Source: Obrimoposthia wandeli (lineage: Eukaryota). Taken from it: a stretch of 64,000 bases of DNA. Position numbers and translations under genes: made by a program. Below, piece after piece: positions 53,999 to 64,000 of the stretch; the stretch's first letter is position 1, and every line of letters starts with the position of its first letter. Location of the stretch: assembly GCA_977020255.1 (NCBI GenBank), contig CDROCS010002834.1, positions 310,001 to 374,000 on the forward strand, given 5' to 3'. The notes under the pieces were generated by a model. The model saw only the letters and a program-made list of their open reading frames with translations, did not search any database and was not told where the DNA came from.

Positions 53999-54223
53999 CG
54001 AACTCCCTCCTGATGCAGGTAGCGACAGGGTCGCTATCTATAAATTGAATGGGTAAACCTACTCACTCCCCCTCTCTCGCTTTTAAGATAAACAAGAAAA
54101 ACAGGGAAACACAGCAGGCAGTTATCCGCTGTGCCGAGTAAGCAATAGTGGCCAAGCTCCTGCTAGCCACCGTATAAAGCAGTTAGGTAAATACCCTAAT
54201 TGCGATAAATGTTTCTCTACTAT

Positions 54224-55441
54224 TTACTTATTATAAAGCTTAGCAATAGCTCGTTCTAAACGCGCCATGCCTTCATCAACATCCGCTTTATCAATCACCA
54301 GTGATGGTGTGAAGCGAACAACGTTAGTACCAGCAACCAATACCATTAGTCCTTCTTCAACAGCAGCAAGTAATACATCACGTGCACGCCCCTGCCATTC
54401 TTCATTTAACGCAGCACCGAGTAATAGGCCTTTGCCGCGCACTTCAGCAAAGATTGGGTACTTAGCATTGATCTGCTCAAGCGCATCACGGAACCACTGC
54501 TCACGCTCTTTAACGCCCGCTAATACTTCCGGTTTCGATACTTCATCAACCACCGCTTCAGCAACAGCACACGCCAATGGGTTGCCGCCATACGTTGAAC
54601 CGTGGGTGCCGACTTTCATGTGTTCAGCCAATGCTGTCGTTGTCAGCATTGCACCAATTGGGAAACCGCCACCTAAAGATTTGGCAGTGCTTAAGATATC
54701 AGGCGTTACACCCAGACCTTGGTAAGCATAGAAATCACCAGTACGGCCATTACCCGTTTGTACTTCATCAAAAATTAATAGTGCGTTATGTTTATCACAC
54801 AACTCACGAACACCTTGCACAAATTCAGAAGTTGGCGAGATGATTCCACCTTCCCCTTGAAGCGGCTCCATCATGATTGCACACGTGCGATCTGACATAA
54901 TCTCAGCCAATGCCGAGAGATCATTATATGGAATATGGGAAATAGCTTGCGGTTTAGGACCAAACCCATCGGAATAAGCCGTTTGACCGCCAACAGTTAC
55001 TGTAAAGAATGTACGACCATGGAAACCTTGATTGAACGCGATAATTTCTGATTTTTCAGGACCAAATTTATCCACAGCATAACGACGTGCTAACTTCAAT
55101 GCTGCTTCGTTAGCTTCTGCACCTGAGTTTGCAAAAAATACTTTTTCAGCAAAACTGTGCTCGGTTAATTTTTTAGCAAGACGTAATGCTGGCTCATTAG
55201 TCATCACATTACTTAGGTGCCATAGCTTTTCAGCTTGCGACTTAAGTGCGTTAACCATCACTGGATGACAATGCCCCAAACAACTCACGGCAATACCACC
55301 TGCAAAGTCGATGTATTCGCGATCGTCTTGATCCCAAATTCGAGCACCTAGCCCCTTTACAGGAATAATCTGCATCGGGGAATAACAAGGCACCATTACC
55401 TCATCGAATAATTTACGTTCTACTTTATGTTCCATTGTCAT
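54224..55441 (-). CDS. astC: succinylornithine/acetylornithine aminotransferase
   Basis: DFAGGIAV; ANSGAEANE; FDEVQTG; STAKSLGGG; HGSTYGGNP; equivalent to argD/astC; start uncertain. Confidence 0.92.
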   Translation of the reverse strand: MTMEHKVERKLFDEVMVPCYSPMQIIPVKGLGARIWDQDDREYIDFAGGIAVSCLGHCHPVMVNALKSQAEKLWHLSNVMTNEPALRLAKKLTEHSFAEKVFFANSGAEANEAALKLARRYAVDKFGPEKSEIIAFNQGFHGRTFFTVTVGGQTAYSDGFGPKPQAISHIPYNDLSALAEIMSDRTCAIMMEPLQGEGGIISPTSEFVQGVRELCDKHNALLIFDEVQTGNGRTGDFYAYQGLGVTPDILSTAKSLGGGFPIGAMLTTTALAEHMKVGTHGSTYGGNPLACAVAEAVVDEVSKPEVLAGVKEREQWFRDALEQINAKYPIFAEVRGKGLLLGAALNEEWQGRARDVLLAAVEEGLMVLVAGTNVVRFTPSLVIDKADVDEGMARLERAIAKLYNK

Positions 55442-55795
55442 CACATTATCCTTCTGTGCATGTCGCCCTAAGCATAGTATTTACATTTTATTAACCAATT
55501 CCAATAGCAGAATATTTTTTTATCTGACGCTGAAAATAATTAAATGGGAATAATGTACATATTTATGCGGGTTATAGGAAAGTTTATTAACCCAAGCTCA
55601 GCTAAAGCTGTCTTTCCATATAGGAAATAACGCAAACAGTGAAATGTGCTAGTGAATAAGATCGCTCAAAATACCCAGCAAAAAAAGATAATAAAATGTT
55701 AAATAAAGTGATGAGGATCGCGGTTATGAGACAGAGGAAATGAGAAAAAATCCAGAATGACACTTTTCATTTCATTTTGTAGGACAAAAATACCT

Positions 55796-56374
55796 TTAAC
55801 GACGGGTTAAAAAGTTGGCTAATAGCTGGTGACCTTGCTCTGTCAGAATGCTTTCAGGATGAAATTGCACCCCTTCAATCGGTAAGGTTTTATGGCTAAT
55901 ACCCATGATTTCATCAAACTCACCGTCACGTTCTGTCCATGCTGTTACATCAAAACACTCCGGCAATGTATCGGCTTTTACCACCAAAGAATGGTAACGC
56001 GTTACCGTTAATGGGTTATTAAGCGCGTGGAAAACACTGGCATCGGTATGAATGATTGGCGATGTTTTGCCATGCATAACCTGACGAGCACGCACCACTT
56101 GTGCACCAAATACCTGTGCTATCGATTGATGGCCTAAACAGACACCAAGAATGGGTAATTTACCGGCAAAGTGTTCTATCGCTTGTAACGAAATACCTGC
56201 GTCATCAGGTGTACAAGGGCCCGGAGAGATAACCAAATGAGAGGGGTTTAATGCTGCAATGCCAGCAAGATCGATTTCATCATTACGTATAACTGTAACG
56301 TCTGCACCTAGCTCACAGAAGTATTGGTACAGGTTATAAGTAAAAGAGTCATAGTTGTCGATGATTAGCAGCAT
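55796..56374 (-). CDS. pabA: aminodeoxychorismate synthase glutamine amidotransferase subunit
   Basis: IDNYDSFT; SPGP; GVCLGHQ; QFHPES; pabA rather than trpG by context. Confidence 0.9.
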   Translation of the reverse strand: MLLIIDNYDSFTYNLYQYFCELGADVTVIRNDEIDLAGIAALNPSHLVISPGPCTPDDAGISLQAIEHFAGKLPILGVCLGHQSIAQVFGAQVVRARQVMHGKTSPIIHTDASVFHALNNPLTVTRYHSLVVKADTLPECFDVTAWTERDGEFDEIMGISHKTLPIEGVQFHPESILTEQGHQLLANFLTRR

Positions 56375-56423
56375 AGCAAGTACCCAGTATGGTTCGGCGC
56401 TCTATTTTGCTATAGGAAATAAG

Positions 56424-56459
56424 AAAGGCAAGCCCAAGATCGCTTGAGTTTGCCTTTTT
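56424..56459. terminator. terminator-like hairpin after the nuclease gene
   Basis: AAAGGCAAGC..GTTTGCCTTTTT. Confidence 0.65.
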
Positions 56460-56481
56460 AGCTTAAATCATTAAACGATGT

Positions 56482-58827
56482 TTACTGAATACGACACGAA
56501 TCGCCGTTATAAACCGCTTTTAACTTTCCTTCTAAAATCAGAGGCGTGAAAGTACAAGGTATGTCATACACCCCATACGCAAGAATACTAAGATCGACAA
56601 CGTCACCCGCTTTGATACCAACGTGTTTAAGGAAACGATCTTTTTCAGTATACGTGCGCTTATCTCCACCCATCATCCATGGCTGAGTACTGTCCCAAAA
56701 CCAAGTATTGAAAACCGGATAAATAGGCTGTCGACTTTTATTCTGAATTTTCAGCGTAAAACCCAGCTTTTTCATTTTATATTTCAGGCTAATAATAACG
56801 GGATCATGATCAGACGCTGAATACGGTCCTTCAGATTTAGCCAGTGAGCCACTGTACTTAGCTGAATATTCAAACAATGCGTTCTCGACCGAGTTAATGT
56901 GCCAATCTTCAATCCCGACCACTTTTTTCTTTAAGCTTTTATTCGCTAATGCATGATCTAGGCTGCCTAGCTCACCGCCATAGCTGTATGAATAACTATC
57001 ATCACCATGCCATTCGGATGCTAAGTTAACGAGCCCCAAGCCTTTACCGGCTTCTACACCGGTTGCGTGCAACGGCAGCTCAGCAATCGACGTGCCTGAT
57101 GCCGACATAATTTTACGTTCTGCTTTTTTCGGTTTGTAGTCTGTTAATACACGCACCGGATCTTCCATCCCATACGCATTCATGTCACCCATGACTAACA
57201 GATCACCTTTCACTTTTTTCAGCTCTTGGCTTAATGTCATCGCACCTGATACACGGAATGCATTACAGTGCCCCTGAAGATCCGCAGGATCATCTTCATA
57301 TTCACCGTTAATCCAATCTTCGTAGCAACCAGAGCCCTTTGATTTCAGGTGATTCACAACAACCGAAAGGGTTTCTTTCTTTTTCTTGGAGCCTACAATT
57401 TTAAATGTCTGCATCAAACTATCTCGTTGATACTTATCTAATTGCTTCGCTTCACCGTCAGGGTTGTTACCAGTAATGTGTTGTTCAGGCATGCGGATAA
57501 CTTGAGCATCATCGACAGGTGTCACCTTGGCTGGGCGATAAATCAATGCAACCATAATGGCATCACTACCAAGGTACTGACCTTGATTTTTATCTTCATC
57601 AGCAATTTCAATATACGCGTAATGATCAGCGCTATCATTAAATTGCAAATTCAATTCAGTGACTAAATTGGCAATCGCACTATTCGCCCCAAAGCCATTA
57701 TTTTCCATTTCCATAATGCCAAGAATATCGGCATCCATGGCTTTCAATGCATTAACAATTTTGGTGCGTTGTAATGAAAATTCACTTAAGGTTTTAGCGC
57801 CACGATTACAACCTTTCGCAGCATCGGCATCCGCTTGGTCGCTACATGTAGCATTCAAGTCTCCGCCAACTTCACTAGCACTGGTAAATAAATTCAGTAC
57901 ATTGAAACTGGCGACTTTTATATTGCCGTCGATGTAATCAACAGGGGCTGCTGTACGATCGTTTTGATGAATAAAGTCTGCGGGTTCAATACTGTTGGTT
58001 GGAATTAAGCGGTATTGACCGTAACTAAAGCCAATCACACCTTCGAGATTCACGAGCTGATCGCCCACTCGAATATAACCTTGCTCTGCATCTAAACCAG
58101 GGAAATAAGGGATGACACCATTTGGTGTTTTTTCATCAGTATCGATGTAAAGTTTGTTTTCTGCATTTTGCTTGGCAAGGGCTGTTGCATCTTCACTACC
58201 CGCAACATAAAGCTGAGTCGGTTTGATCAATGGCGCTTCATGCGATAACAACATGTTATTACGATAAGAGCCGTAATCAAAACCAAAATTACGGGTGATC
58301 TGCAAGTCACTATCAGGTGCTAGACGAACCAGCATGCCTTCATAACGCTCCATTGCCTCAATCAGTGTTTCGCCATCTCTCACTGTAATATTCGTCGCGA
58401 TGATCGGACTGACTTCAGGCCCAATTTCAACTTTGTCTTTTTGAGCAACAAGCTGAGTCATGCCGTAGTGCTCTTTCACTTTGGCTTCGATACAGACTTC
58501 TATACCCGGCTGTATATCAGCACTTGGGGCAGAGCCGGTATAAACAAAAATACCATCTGATGTATCTTCGTTGTCATCACCTGTCGCATCCTGAATAAAG
58601 AACCCTTTATACAAGCTACTCATCGATTTAGTGACAACACCTTTAACGAAATATGCATTAGGGCTAATGAACTCACCATTCGGGATCAAGGGGCTAGAAC
58701 TGCCATCACCTTGAATAGAATAAATGGGTGTTAATGTTTGATCGTTACAAGAAAAGTCTGACGCGTGTGAGGTTACGCTAACCAACGCAACCGCGATGGC
58801 TAAAGGACTTAATTTAAGCATGCGCAT
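56482..58827 (-). CDS. xds: ExeM/NucH family extracellular nuclease (Xds ortholog by synteny)
   Basis: Signal peptide (SHA-S); OB domain (GFFIQD, EHYGMTQL, ERYEGMLV); EEP domain (SFNVLN, NHLKSKG, GDMNAY, SLDH, SDHDPV). Confidence 0.9.
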   Translation of the reverse strand: MRMLKLSPLAIAVALVSVTSHASDFSCNDQTLTPIYSIQGDGSSSPLIPNGEFISPNAYFVKGVVTKSMSSLYKGFFIQDATGDDNEDTSDGIFVYTGSAPSADIQPGIEVCIEAKVKEHYGMTQLVAQKDKVEIGPEVSPIIATNITVRDGETLIEAMERYEGMLVRLAPDSDLQITRNFGFDYGSYRNNMLLSHEAPLIKPTQLYVAGSEDATALAKQNAENKLYIDTDEKTPNGVIPYFPGLDAEQGYIRVGDQLVNLEGVIGFSYGQYRLIPTNSIEPADFIHQNDRTAAPVDYIDGNIKVASFNVLNLFTSASEVGGDLNATCSDQADADAAKGCNRGAKTLSEFSLQRTKIVNALKAMDADILGIMEMENNGFGANSAIANLVTELNLQFNDSADHYAYIEIADEDKNQGQYLGSDAIMVALIYRPAKVTPVDDAQVIRMPEQHITGNNPDGEAKQLDKYQRDSLMQTFKIVGSKKKKETLSVVVNHLKSKGSGCYEDWINGEYEDDPADLQGHCNAFRVSGAMTLSQELKKVKGDLLVMGDMNAYGMEDPVRVLTDYKPKKAERKIMSASGTSIAELPLHATGVEAGKGLGLVNLASEWHGDDSYSYSYGGELGSLDHALANKSLKKKVVGIEDWHINSVENALFEYSAKYSGSLAKSEGPYSASDHDPVIISLKYKMKKLGFTLKIQNKSRQPIYPVFNTWFWDSTQPWMMGGDKRTYTEKDRFLKHVGIKAGDVVDLSILAYGVYDIPCTFTPLILEGKLKAVYNGDSCRIQ

Positions 58828-59037
58828 TGTGCAACCCTTTACATTTATGTGTTTTATGTCTTAAAAGATGTGCATTATTTAACAAAGTTGCATGCCATTA
58901 ATGTGACAAAACCAACAAACAAGTATCATATTGGAATGCAATTAATCGCAACTAGACATTGATGCAATAAATTCATTCATTTTCAACAGCGTGTAAAGCA
59001 ATCGTTTAACGAATATACAGCTAGATATAACAGGTAT

Positions 59038-59070
59038 AAAAAAAGCCATGAATCACTTCATGGCTTATTT
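59038..59070 (-). terminator. trpS terminator
   Basis: AAGCCATGAA..TTCATGGCTT followed by a T-run. Confidence 0.85.
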
Positions 59071-59089
59071 AGGCATACATGCGGGTCAA

Positions 59090-60109
59090 TTATGGACGTG
59101 CAACAAAACCCACGGCTTCGTAAACTTTCTTTAATGTTACTGCAGCACGTGCAGAGGCTTTGTCAGCACCCGCTTTCATGACGGCATCCATGTAGGTACG
59201 ATCTGCTCGAATACGCTTGTATTCTGCTTGTACGGGCTCAAGCATTGCAACGATGGCTTCACCAACGTCTTTCTTGAAAGGACCATACATTTCAACACCG
59301 GCATATTGTGCTTCGATGTCAGCAAATGTTTTACCTGTTGCGCCTGAGTACAGACCCATAAGGTTAGCGATACCGGCTTTATTTTCTACATCATGAATAA
59401 TGCTTGGTGGATTCTGTGCATCTGTTTGGGCTTTATTGATTTTCTTCAGAATCGATTTAGGCTCTTCAAGAAGAGTAATAACGTTTTTACGGTTATCGTC
59501 TGATTTAGACATCTTCTTTGTTGCATCTTGCAGGCTCATTACACGTGCATTCACTGCTGGAATGTACGGTTCTGGCACTTCAAAAATCGGCTGTTCTTCG
59601 CTACCGTATAAGTTGTTAAAACGGTTGGCGATATCACGTGCTAGCTCAAGGTGCTGCTTCTGGTCACTGCCTACAGGCACTTTATGCGCACCGTAAAGTA
59701 GAATGTCGGCCGCCATTAATACTGGGTAACCATATAAGCCAACATTCACATCATTCGCGTGACGTGCTGATTTATCTTTAAACTGCGTCATACGGTTTAG
59801 CTCACCCATTTGGGTGTAGCAATTTAGAATCCAACCTAACTGAGCATGCTCTGGTACATGAGACTGAACAAACAACGAACTCTTCTTTGGATCAACACCA
59901 ACAGCAAGACAGATAGCCAATGCATCTAACGTTGCTTCGTGCAGTGCTTTGGGATCTTGGCGAACGGTAATGGCATGCAGATCGACCACACAGTACTGGC
60001 AATCAAAATCATCTTGCATTTGTTCCCACTGACGCAGCGCACCCATGTAGTTACCAATACTCAATTCACCGGAAGGCTGCACGCCACTTAAAACAATGGG
60101 TTTACTCAT
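59090..60109 (-). CDS. trpS: tryptophanyl-tRNA synthetase
   Basis: [11 protein letters not shown]; [10 protein letters not shown]; KMSKS. Confidence 0.98.
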   Translation of the reverse strand: MSKPIVLSGVQPSGELSIGNYMGALRQWEQMQDDFDCQYCVVDLHAITVRQDPKALHEATLDALAICLAVGVDPKKSSLFVQSHVPEHAQLGWILNCYTQMGELNRMTQFKDKSARHANDVNVGLYGYPVLMAADILLYGAHKVPVGSDQKQHLELARDIANRFNNLYGSEEQPIFEVPEPYIPAVNARVMSLQDATKKMSKSDDNRKNVITLLEEPKSILKKINKAQTDAQNPPSIIHDVENKAGIANLMGLYSGATGKTFADIEAQYAGVEMYGPFKKDVGEAIVAMLEPVQAEYKRIRADRTYMDAVMKAGADKASARAAVTLKKVYEAVGFVARP

Positions 60110-60213
60110 TATGGGGATCCTTTGTTACCTAAAATATTCAGCGACATTCAAGCCGCTGACAGAATTCAATATGTTTATCTGGGTACTAGTTTAACCGGAA
60201 CAAACCAGCAGTA

Positions 60214-60903
60214 CTAGTAAGCTAGTTTAACCACATCCAGTAATTGACTGAACTGATCTAACACAACATCTGGGTTACTAGCACTGATAGGTTGACCGTA
60301 ATTGTAACCGTAAGTCAGACCAACAACACGACATGTTGCTGCCTGTGCTGCCAGAATGTCATTACGTGAATCACCGATCATCAGCATTTCGCTGGCGGCT
60401 ATTTGATGCTTTTCCATCAACCAGTGCAGTGCAAACGGATCAGGTTTTTTCAAGGGGAAGGTATCGCCACCTATCACATCAACAAAATACTCACTAATAC
60501 CGTGCTGCTCAAGTAAATGAGGCACAAACTGAGCGGGTTTATTGGTCACGATTGCCATCGGAATATTGGCGTTGTGGAATGCTGCCAATGTGTCTTTTAC
60601 ACCTGCATATAAGTGACTTTGCTTATGGCCACCTTCATCGTAAAAGCGATCAAATAATGCGCGCGCTTCTTGATGAAGTGCAGGATCAAGCTCTGGGTCA
60701 AGTTCAAGGCTCTGGCTAAGCGCACGACCAATAAGAATATCAGCCCCGTTACCTATCCACGTTGTTACCTGCTCGACGGTCACTCTATCACGACCTAATG
60801 CCTGCATCGCTTTATCGGCGGCTTCTGCCAAATCAGGAACGCTATCAAGCAGCGTTCCATCAAGGTCAAAAGCAATAAATTTAATGCCTTCAAATTGTTT
60901 CAT
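60214..60903 (-). CDS. gph: phosphoglycolate phosphatase
   Basis: FDLDGTL; TNKP; KKPDP; GDSRND. Confidence 0.95.
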   Translation of the reverse strand: MKQFEGIKFIAFDLDGTLLDSVPDLAEAADKAMQALGRDRVTVEQVTTWIGNGADILIGRALSQSLELDPELDPALHQEARALFDRFYDEGGHKQSHLYAGVKDTLAAFHNANIPMAIVTNKPAQFVPHLLEQHGISEYFVDVIGGDTFPLKKPDPFALHWLMEKHQIAASEMLMIGDSRNDILAAQAATCRVVGLTYGYNYGQPISASNPDVVLDQFSQLLDVVKLAY

Positions 60904-60905
60904 GC

Positions 60906-61580
60906 TTAACGTTCAACCTTTGCAAGCTCTGCACGCATTTCATCGATCGCCGCTTTGTAATCTGGCTGGTTGAAAATTGCAGAACCAGCAACAAACATGT
61001 CTGCGCCCGCTTCAGCGATTTCACGAATATTATCAGCCTTCACGCCACCATCAATTTCTAAACGAATGTCGTAACCTGATGCATCGATACGTTGACGTAC
61101 TTCACGAAGCTTATCTAATGTATTTGGAATAAATGATTGACCACCGAAACCAGGATTAACTGACATCAGCAAGATCATATCGATCTTGTCCATTACATAA
61201 TCAAGGTGATGAAGTGGCGTTGCTGGGTTAAATACGACACCCGCCTGACAGCCACACTCTTTAATTAACTGCAAAGTACGATCCAAATGCTCTGTTGCTT
61301 CGGCATGGAAAGTAATCATTGTTGCACCCGCTTTAGCAAAGTCAGGAATAATACGATCAACTGGCTTTACCATTAGATGAACATCAATCGGTGCAGTAAT
61401 GCCGTAGTCGCGTAATGCTTTACATATTGGCGCACCAAACGTCAGATTGGGCACATAGTGATTATCCATCACATCAAAGTGCACCACATCGGCACCGGCA
61501 GCTAATACTTTCTCAACGTCTTCACCAAGACGAGCGAAATCTGCAGATAAGATAGATGGAGCGATCAAAAAGTCCTTCAT
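60906..61580 (-). CDS. rpe: ribulose-phosphate 3-epimerase
   Basis: APSILSADF; HFDVMD; [10 protein letters not shown]; EIDGG. Confidence 0.98.
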   Translation of the reverse strand: MKDFLIAPSILSADFARLGEDVEKVLAAGADVVHFDVMDNHYVPNLTFGAPICKALRDYGITAPIDVHLMVKPVDRIIPDFAKAGATMITFHAEATEHLDRTLQLIKECGCQAGVVFNPATPLHHLDYVMDKIDMILLMSVNPGFGGQSFIPNTLDKLREVRQRIDASGYDIRLEIDGGVKADNIREIAEAGADMFVAGSAIFNQPDYKAAIDEMRAELAKVER

Positions 61581-61731
61581 GTTCAGCCTCTATACGTTAC
61601 ATACGATACGGTCGTAAAATCGGCGCAATTCTACCCGATCCTGTTAACGATGTCTTAACCGATCGAGTTCGGTTTTGTGACTATGCTTAAAAGAATAAAA
61701 TGAGATCGCGTGTATTAAGAGGAAACGTTGA

Positions 61732-61947
61732 ATGGATTCAGAGAAAAAAACACCAGCAAAGAAACGGAAAACCAGCATAGCAATCAGTGTTATCGCTGCT
61801 TTATTTGGGGTGCAATCAGAAAGGAACCGCCAACAAGACTTTAATCAACAAAGTCCTCGACCATTTATTATTGGCGGTATTATAGCTATTGGGATTTTTG
61901 TCGCATTGCTTATTATGATAACGCTATTGGTTACGGCAAAACACTAA
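61732..61947 (+). CDS. DUF2970-type small membrane protein
   Basis: SVIAALFGVQSERNRQQDF followed by one TM helix. Confidence 0.85.
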   Translation: MDSEKKTPAKKRKTSIAISVIAALFGVQSERNRQQDFNQQSPRPFIIGGIIAIGIFVALLIMITLLVTAKH

Positions 61948-61955
61948 CCAACGAA

Positions 61956-62792
61956 TTAGCAGTTAGGCGATCTTTCTTCTGTCTTAAATAACGCTAATAG
62001 CTCATCCACTTTATTGCGTCCACTGCCATTACGACTGATAGTTCGTCTTACTTTCACGACGGACAAATCTGCACCATGGTACAAACGACGCGTTAACTTG
62101 GTATCGTGATTAGAGATAAGCACAGGAATTTCGCGTTCCGTTGCGGCTTTTTCTGCCACATCTGCCAAATCAGCTTGATCATCAAGACTGAAGCCATTCC
62201 CCGTATAAGACGTAAAATTAGCCGTAGAAGATAATGGCGCATAGGGTGGATCGCAGTACACGACACAGCCTTTACGGGCGCGAGAAAACGTCTGCTGATA
62301 CCCTTCACAAACAAATGTCGCTCGCTTTGCTTTCTCGGCAAAAAAGTACATTTCTTTTTCAGGGAAATAAGGCTTCTTATAAGAGCCGAATGGAACGTTA
62401 AAGCCCCCTTTTTTGTTATAGCGGCATAAGCCATTAAAACCATGGCGATTCATGTACAAGAAATACAACGAACGCACATAAGGGTCTTGGGTTTTATTAA
62501 ATTCTTCGCGGATTTTTAAATAAACTTCTTTCTGATTAAATTCAGGCGTAAAAAACTTTCGTACATCTTCAATATACTTTTCTGGGTCATCTTTAAGGAT
62601 GTTATACAGGTTGATCAGATCTGGATTGATATCTGCCAATAGATACTGTTCAAAATCAGTATTCAGAAATACCGACCCCGCCCCAACAAAAGGCTCTACT
62701 AATTTACGCGCAGGTGGCAGGTGACGTTGAATTTCCTCGACTAGAGAGTACTTACCCCCAGCCCATTTCAGAAATGCACGATGCTTCTTCAT
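61956..62792 (-). CDS. dam: DNA adenine methylase
   Basis: LKWAGGK; EPFVGAGSV; DPPY. Confidence 0.98.
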   Translation of the reverse strand: MKKHRAFLKWAGGKYSLVEEIQRHLPPARKLVEPFVGAGSVFLNTDFEQYLLADINPDLINLYNILKDDPEKYIEDVRKFFTPEFNQKEVYLKIREEFNKTQDPYVRSLYFLYMNRHGFNGLCRYNKKGGFNVPFGSYKKPYFPEKEMYFFAEKAKRATFVCEGYQQTFSRARKGCVVYCDPPYAPLSSTANFTSYTGNGFSLDDQADLADVAEKAATEREIPVLISNHDTKLTRRLYHGADLSVVKVRRTISRNGSGRNKVDELLALFKTEERSPNC

Positions 62793-62906
62793 TCAGCTAA
62801 CCTACTACCAATACCACCACGAAAGGTGGCGGATTGTACCTCATTTATTACCTTGTCTGTACCCATTAACACAAATAACTACGGCCAAACAGCAAGGATA
62901 TTACGA

Positions 62907-64000
62907 TTATTTAGCTTGATCTATTTCACGATGAATTTGTGCATACGATTTAACCCAAGGTTGTACCGCTTGAACACTATCAGGCAATAACCGCTCAGCA
63001 CGTCTTGCCGTCACAATATCTTTATAATCACCCGTAATAACGATAAACCAGGCCTCACCCTTTCGGCGGGTTTCATACAGGGTCGCTATATTTTGAATCT
63101 TATGTTCTGCAACAAATTTCTTTGCGGTGCTGAGAGATTGTAATGCTGCAAGCTGCAAGGCGTAATGACGAGAATTAACGTCTTTAAGCTCTTCACCTAA
63201 TACATTAACTATAGGTACTGATGTTTTTTTCTGGGTCGGTAATACCGGATCTGCAGTTTGAGCTTGAGGAATGACGGGAGTATTCGCATTTACATCAGCA
63301 TTGCTCTGCATTGTTTGGGATGTATCTGCTTGTTGAGCAAACGTGTCTTGCCCACTCGTCCCTAAGGCTTGCCCGCTTAACATCGCATCAACCACTTGCG
63401 AAGGCACTACAACACGCTGACTATCGTCATTACGCCCTACTGTTAGCCCTTCACTTGATATCTCTTGCGGTAACACACGGACGTCATCTATCGCCCTATC
63501 TGACGAACTCAACGCGACTTTTTCAGCCTGTTGTGCAGCAATGGTCGCTGATTGAGCGGTATCATCTTCATCATAATACTCCGTATTCAGGTTTTCTTTT
63601 ACAGTATCAGTAACAACCGGGTTATTTGCACTTGGTGCTGAATCATCATTTGCCGGAAAAAACCAAAAGACGACACCGGCAGTTAATATTGCTAACAAGA
63701 CGACAAGTAATGCCAGCGGAGAAAGAGTGCGTGATGAAGAATTAGCCATGTCGTTATTATCCGTATTGTTCAGTTGCATCAACGCACGAGGTTTGGGTTC
63801 AGCCAAGGCGGCTTTTTCCTTTAACTCACGTCTTCCATTTGCATCTAACACCGTGCTAGACAGCACTACTTCGACAAAGGTTTGTACTTCTTGTTCCGTT
63901 AAATCAGAAATTTCGAGTTCAAGTGGCATTTGTCCCTGCCCATGAGAGACCTGATCTAAGTATTTATTTAACCGTCCTGTTTGGCTAAAGAGTAATACAT
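62907..64000 (-). CDS. DamX-like SPOR-domain cell division protein (5' end outside the window)
   Basis: TM helix, low-complexity linker, SPOR domain (YALQLAA, WFIVITGDY, QPWVKS); the frame stays open by hand translation up to 63998. Confidence 0.85.
   Translation of the reverse strand, partial: VLLFSQTGRLNKYLDQVSHGQGQMPLELEISDLTEQEVQTFVEVVLSSTVLDANGRRELKEKAALAEPKPRALMQLNNTDNNDMANSSSRTLSPLALLVVLLAILTAGVVFWFFPANDDSAPSANNPVVTDTVKENLNTEYYDEDDTAQSATIAAQQAEKVALSSSDRAIDDVRVLPQEISSEGLTVGRNDDSQRVVVPSQVVDAMLSGQALGTSGQDTFAQQADTSQTMQSNADVNANTPVIPQAQTADPVLPTQKKTSVPIVNVLGEELKDVNSRHYALQLAALQSLSTAKKFVAEHKIQNIATLYETRRKGEAWFIVITGDYKDIVTARRAERLLPDSVQAVQPWVKSYAQIHREIDQAK

Noticed and set aside
62907-63929. 340-aa SPOR protein starting at ATG 63929
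   Set aside because: The frame is open to the window edge, so the true start lies outside the window.

Overview
Chromosome-I segment of a Vibrionaceae bacterium, most likely Photobacterium; this call rests on the 16S V1-V2 sequence and gene order recalled from memory, not on a database search. Left to right: the 5' end of a 16S rRNA gene with leader and P1/P2 promoters (minus strand); a 13-kb accessory, rearranged syp-like exopolysaccharide/biofilm locus (1301-14405); the complete alpha, spc and S10 ribosomal protein operons; a bacterioferritin pseudogene; the str operon (rpsL-rpsG-fusA-tuf); yheO-tusDCB, fkpA, WD40-slyX, slyD, kefGB, yheS, a LysE/MocR pair, yheT-yheU-prkB, yhfA/crp, astC-astA-astD-DUF1338, pabA, an Xds/ExeM nuclease, trpS-gph-rpe, dam and a truncated SPOR/DamX-like gene. 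No tRNA, IS element, prophage or CRISPR array was seen. The most promising signal is in the EPS locus. It has four candidate sigma54 (-24/-12) promoters. Two of them are 15/16 identical and carry a T8/T9 homopolymer inside the fixed-length spacer, a possible slipped-strand ON/OFF switch, and one of these doubles as the rplQ terminator. The locus also encodes an in-frame GT2 + priming-transferase fusion, an export protein lengthened by two internal duplications, a P-loop protein lacking the Walker A lysine and an orphan lipoprotein, and it contains no flippase or regulators.
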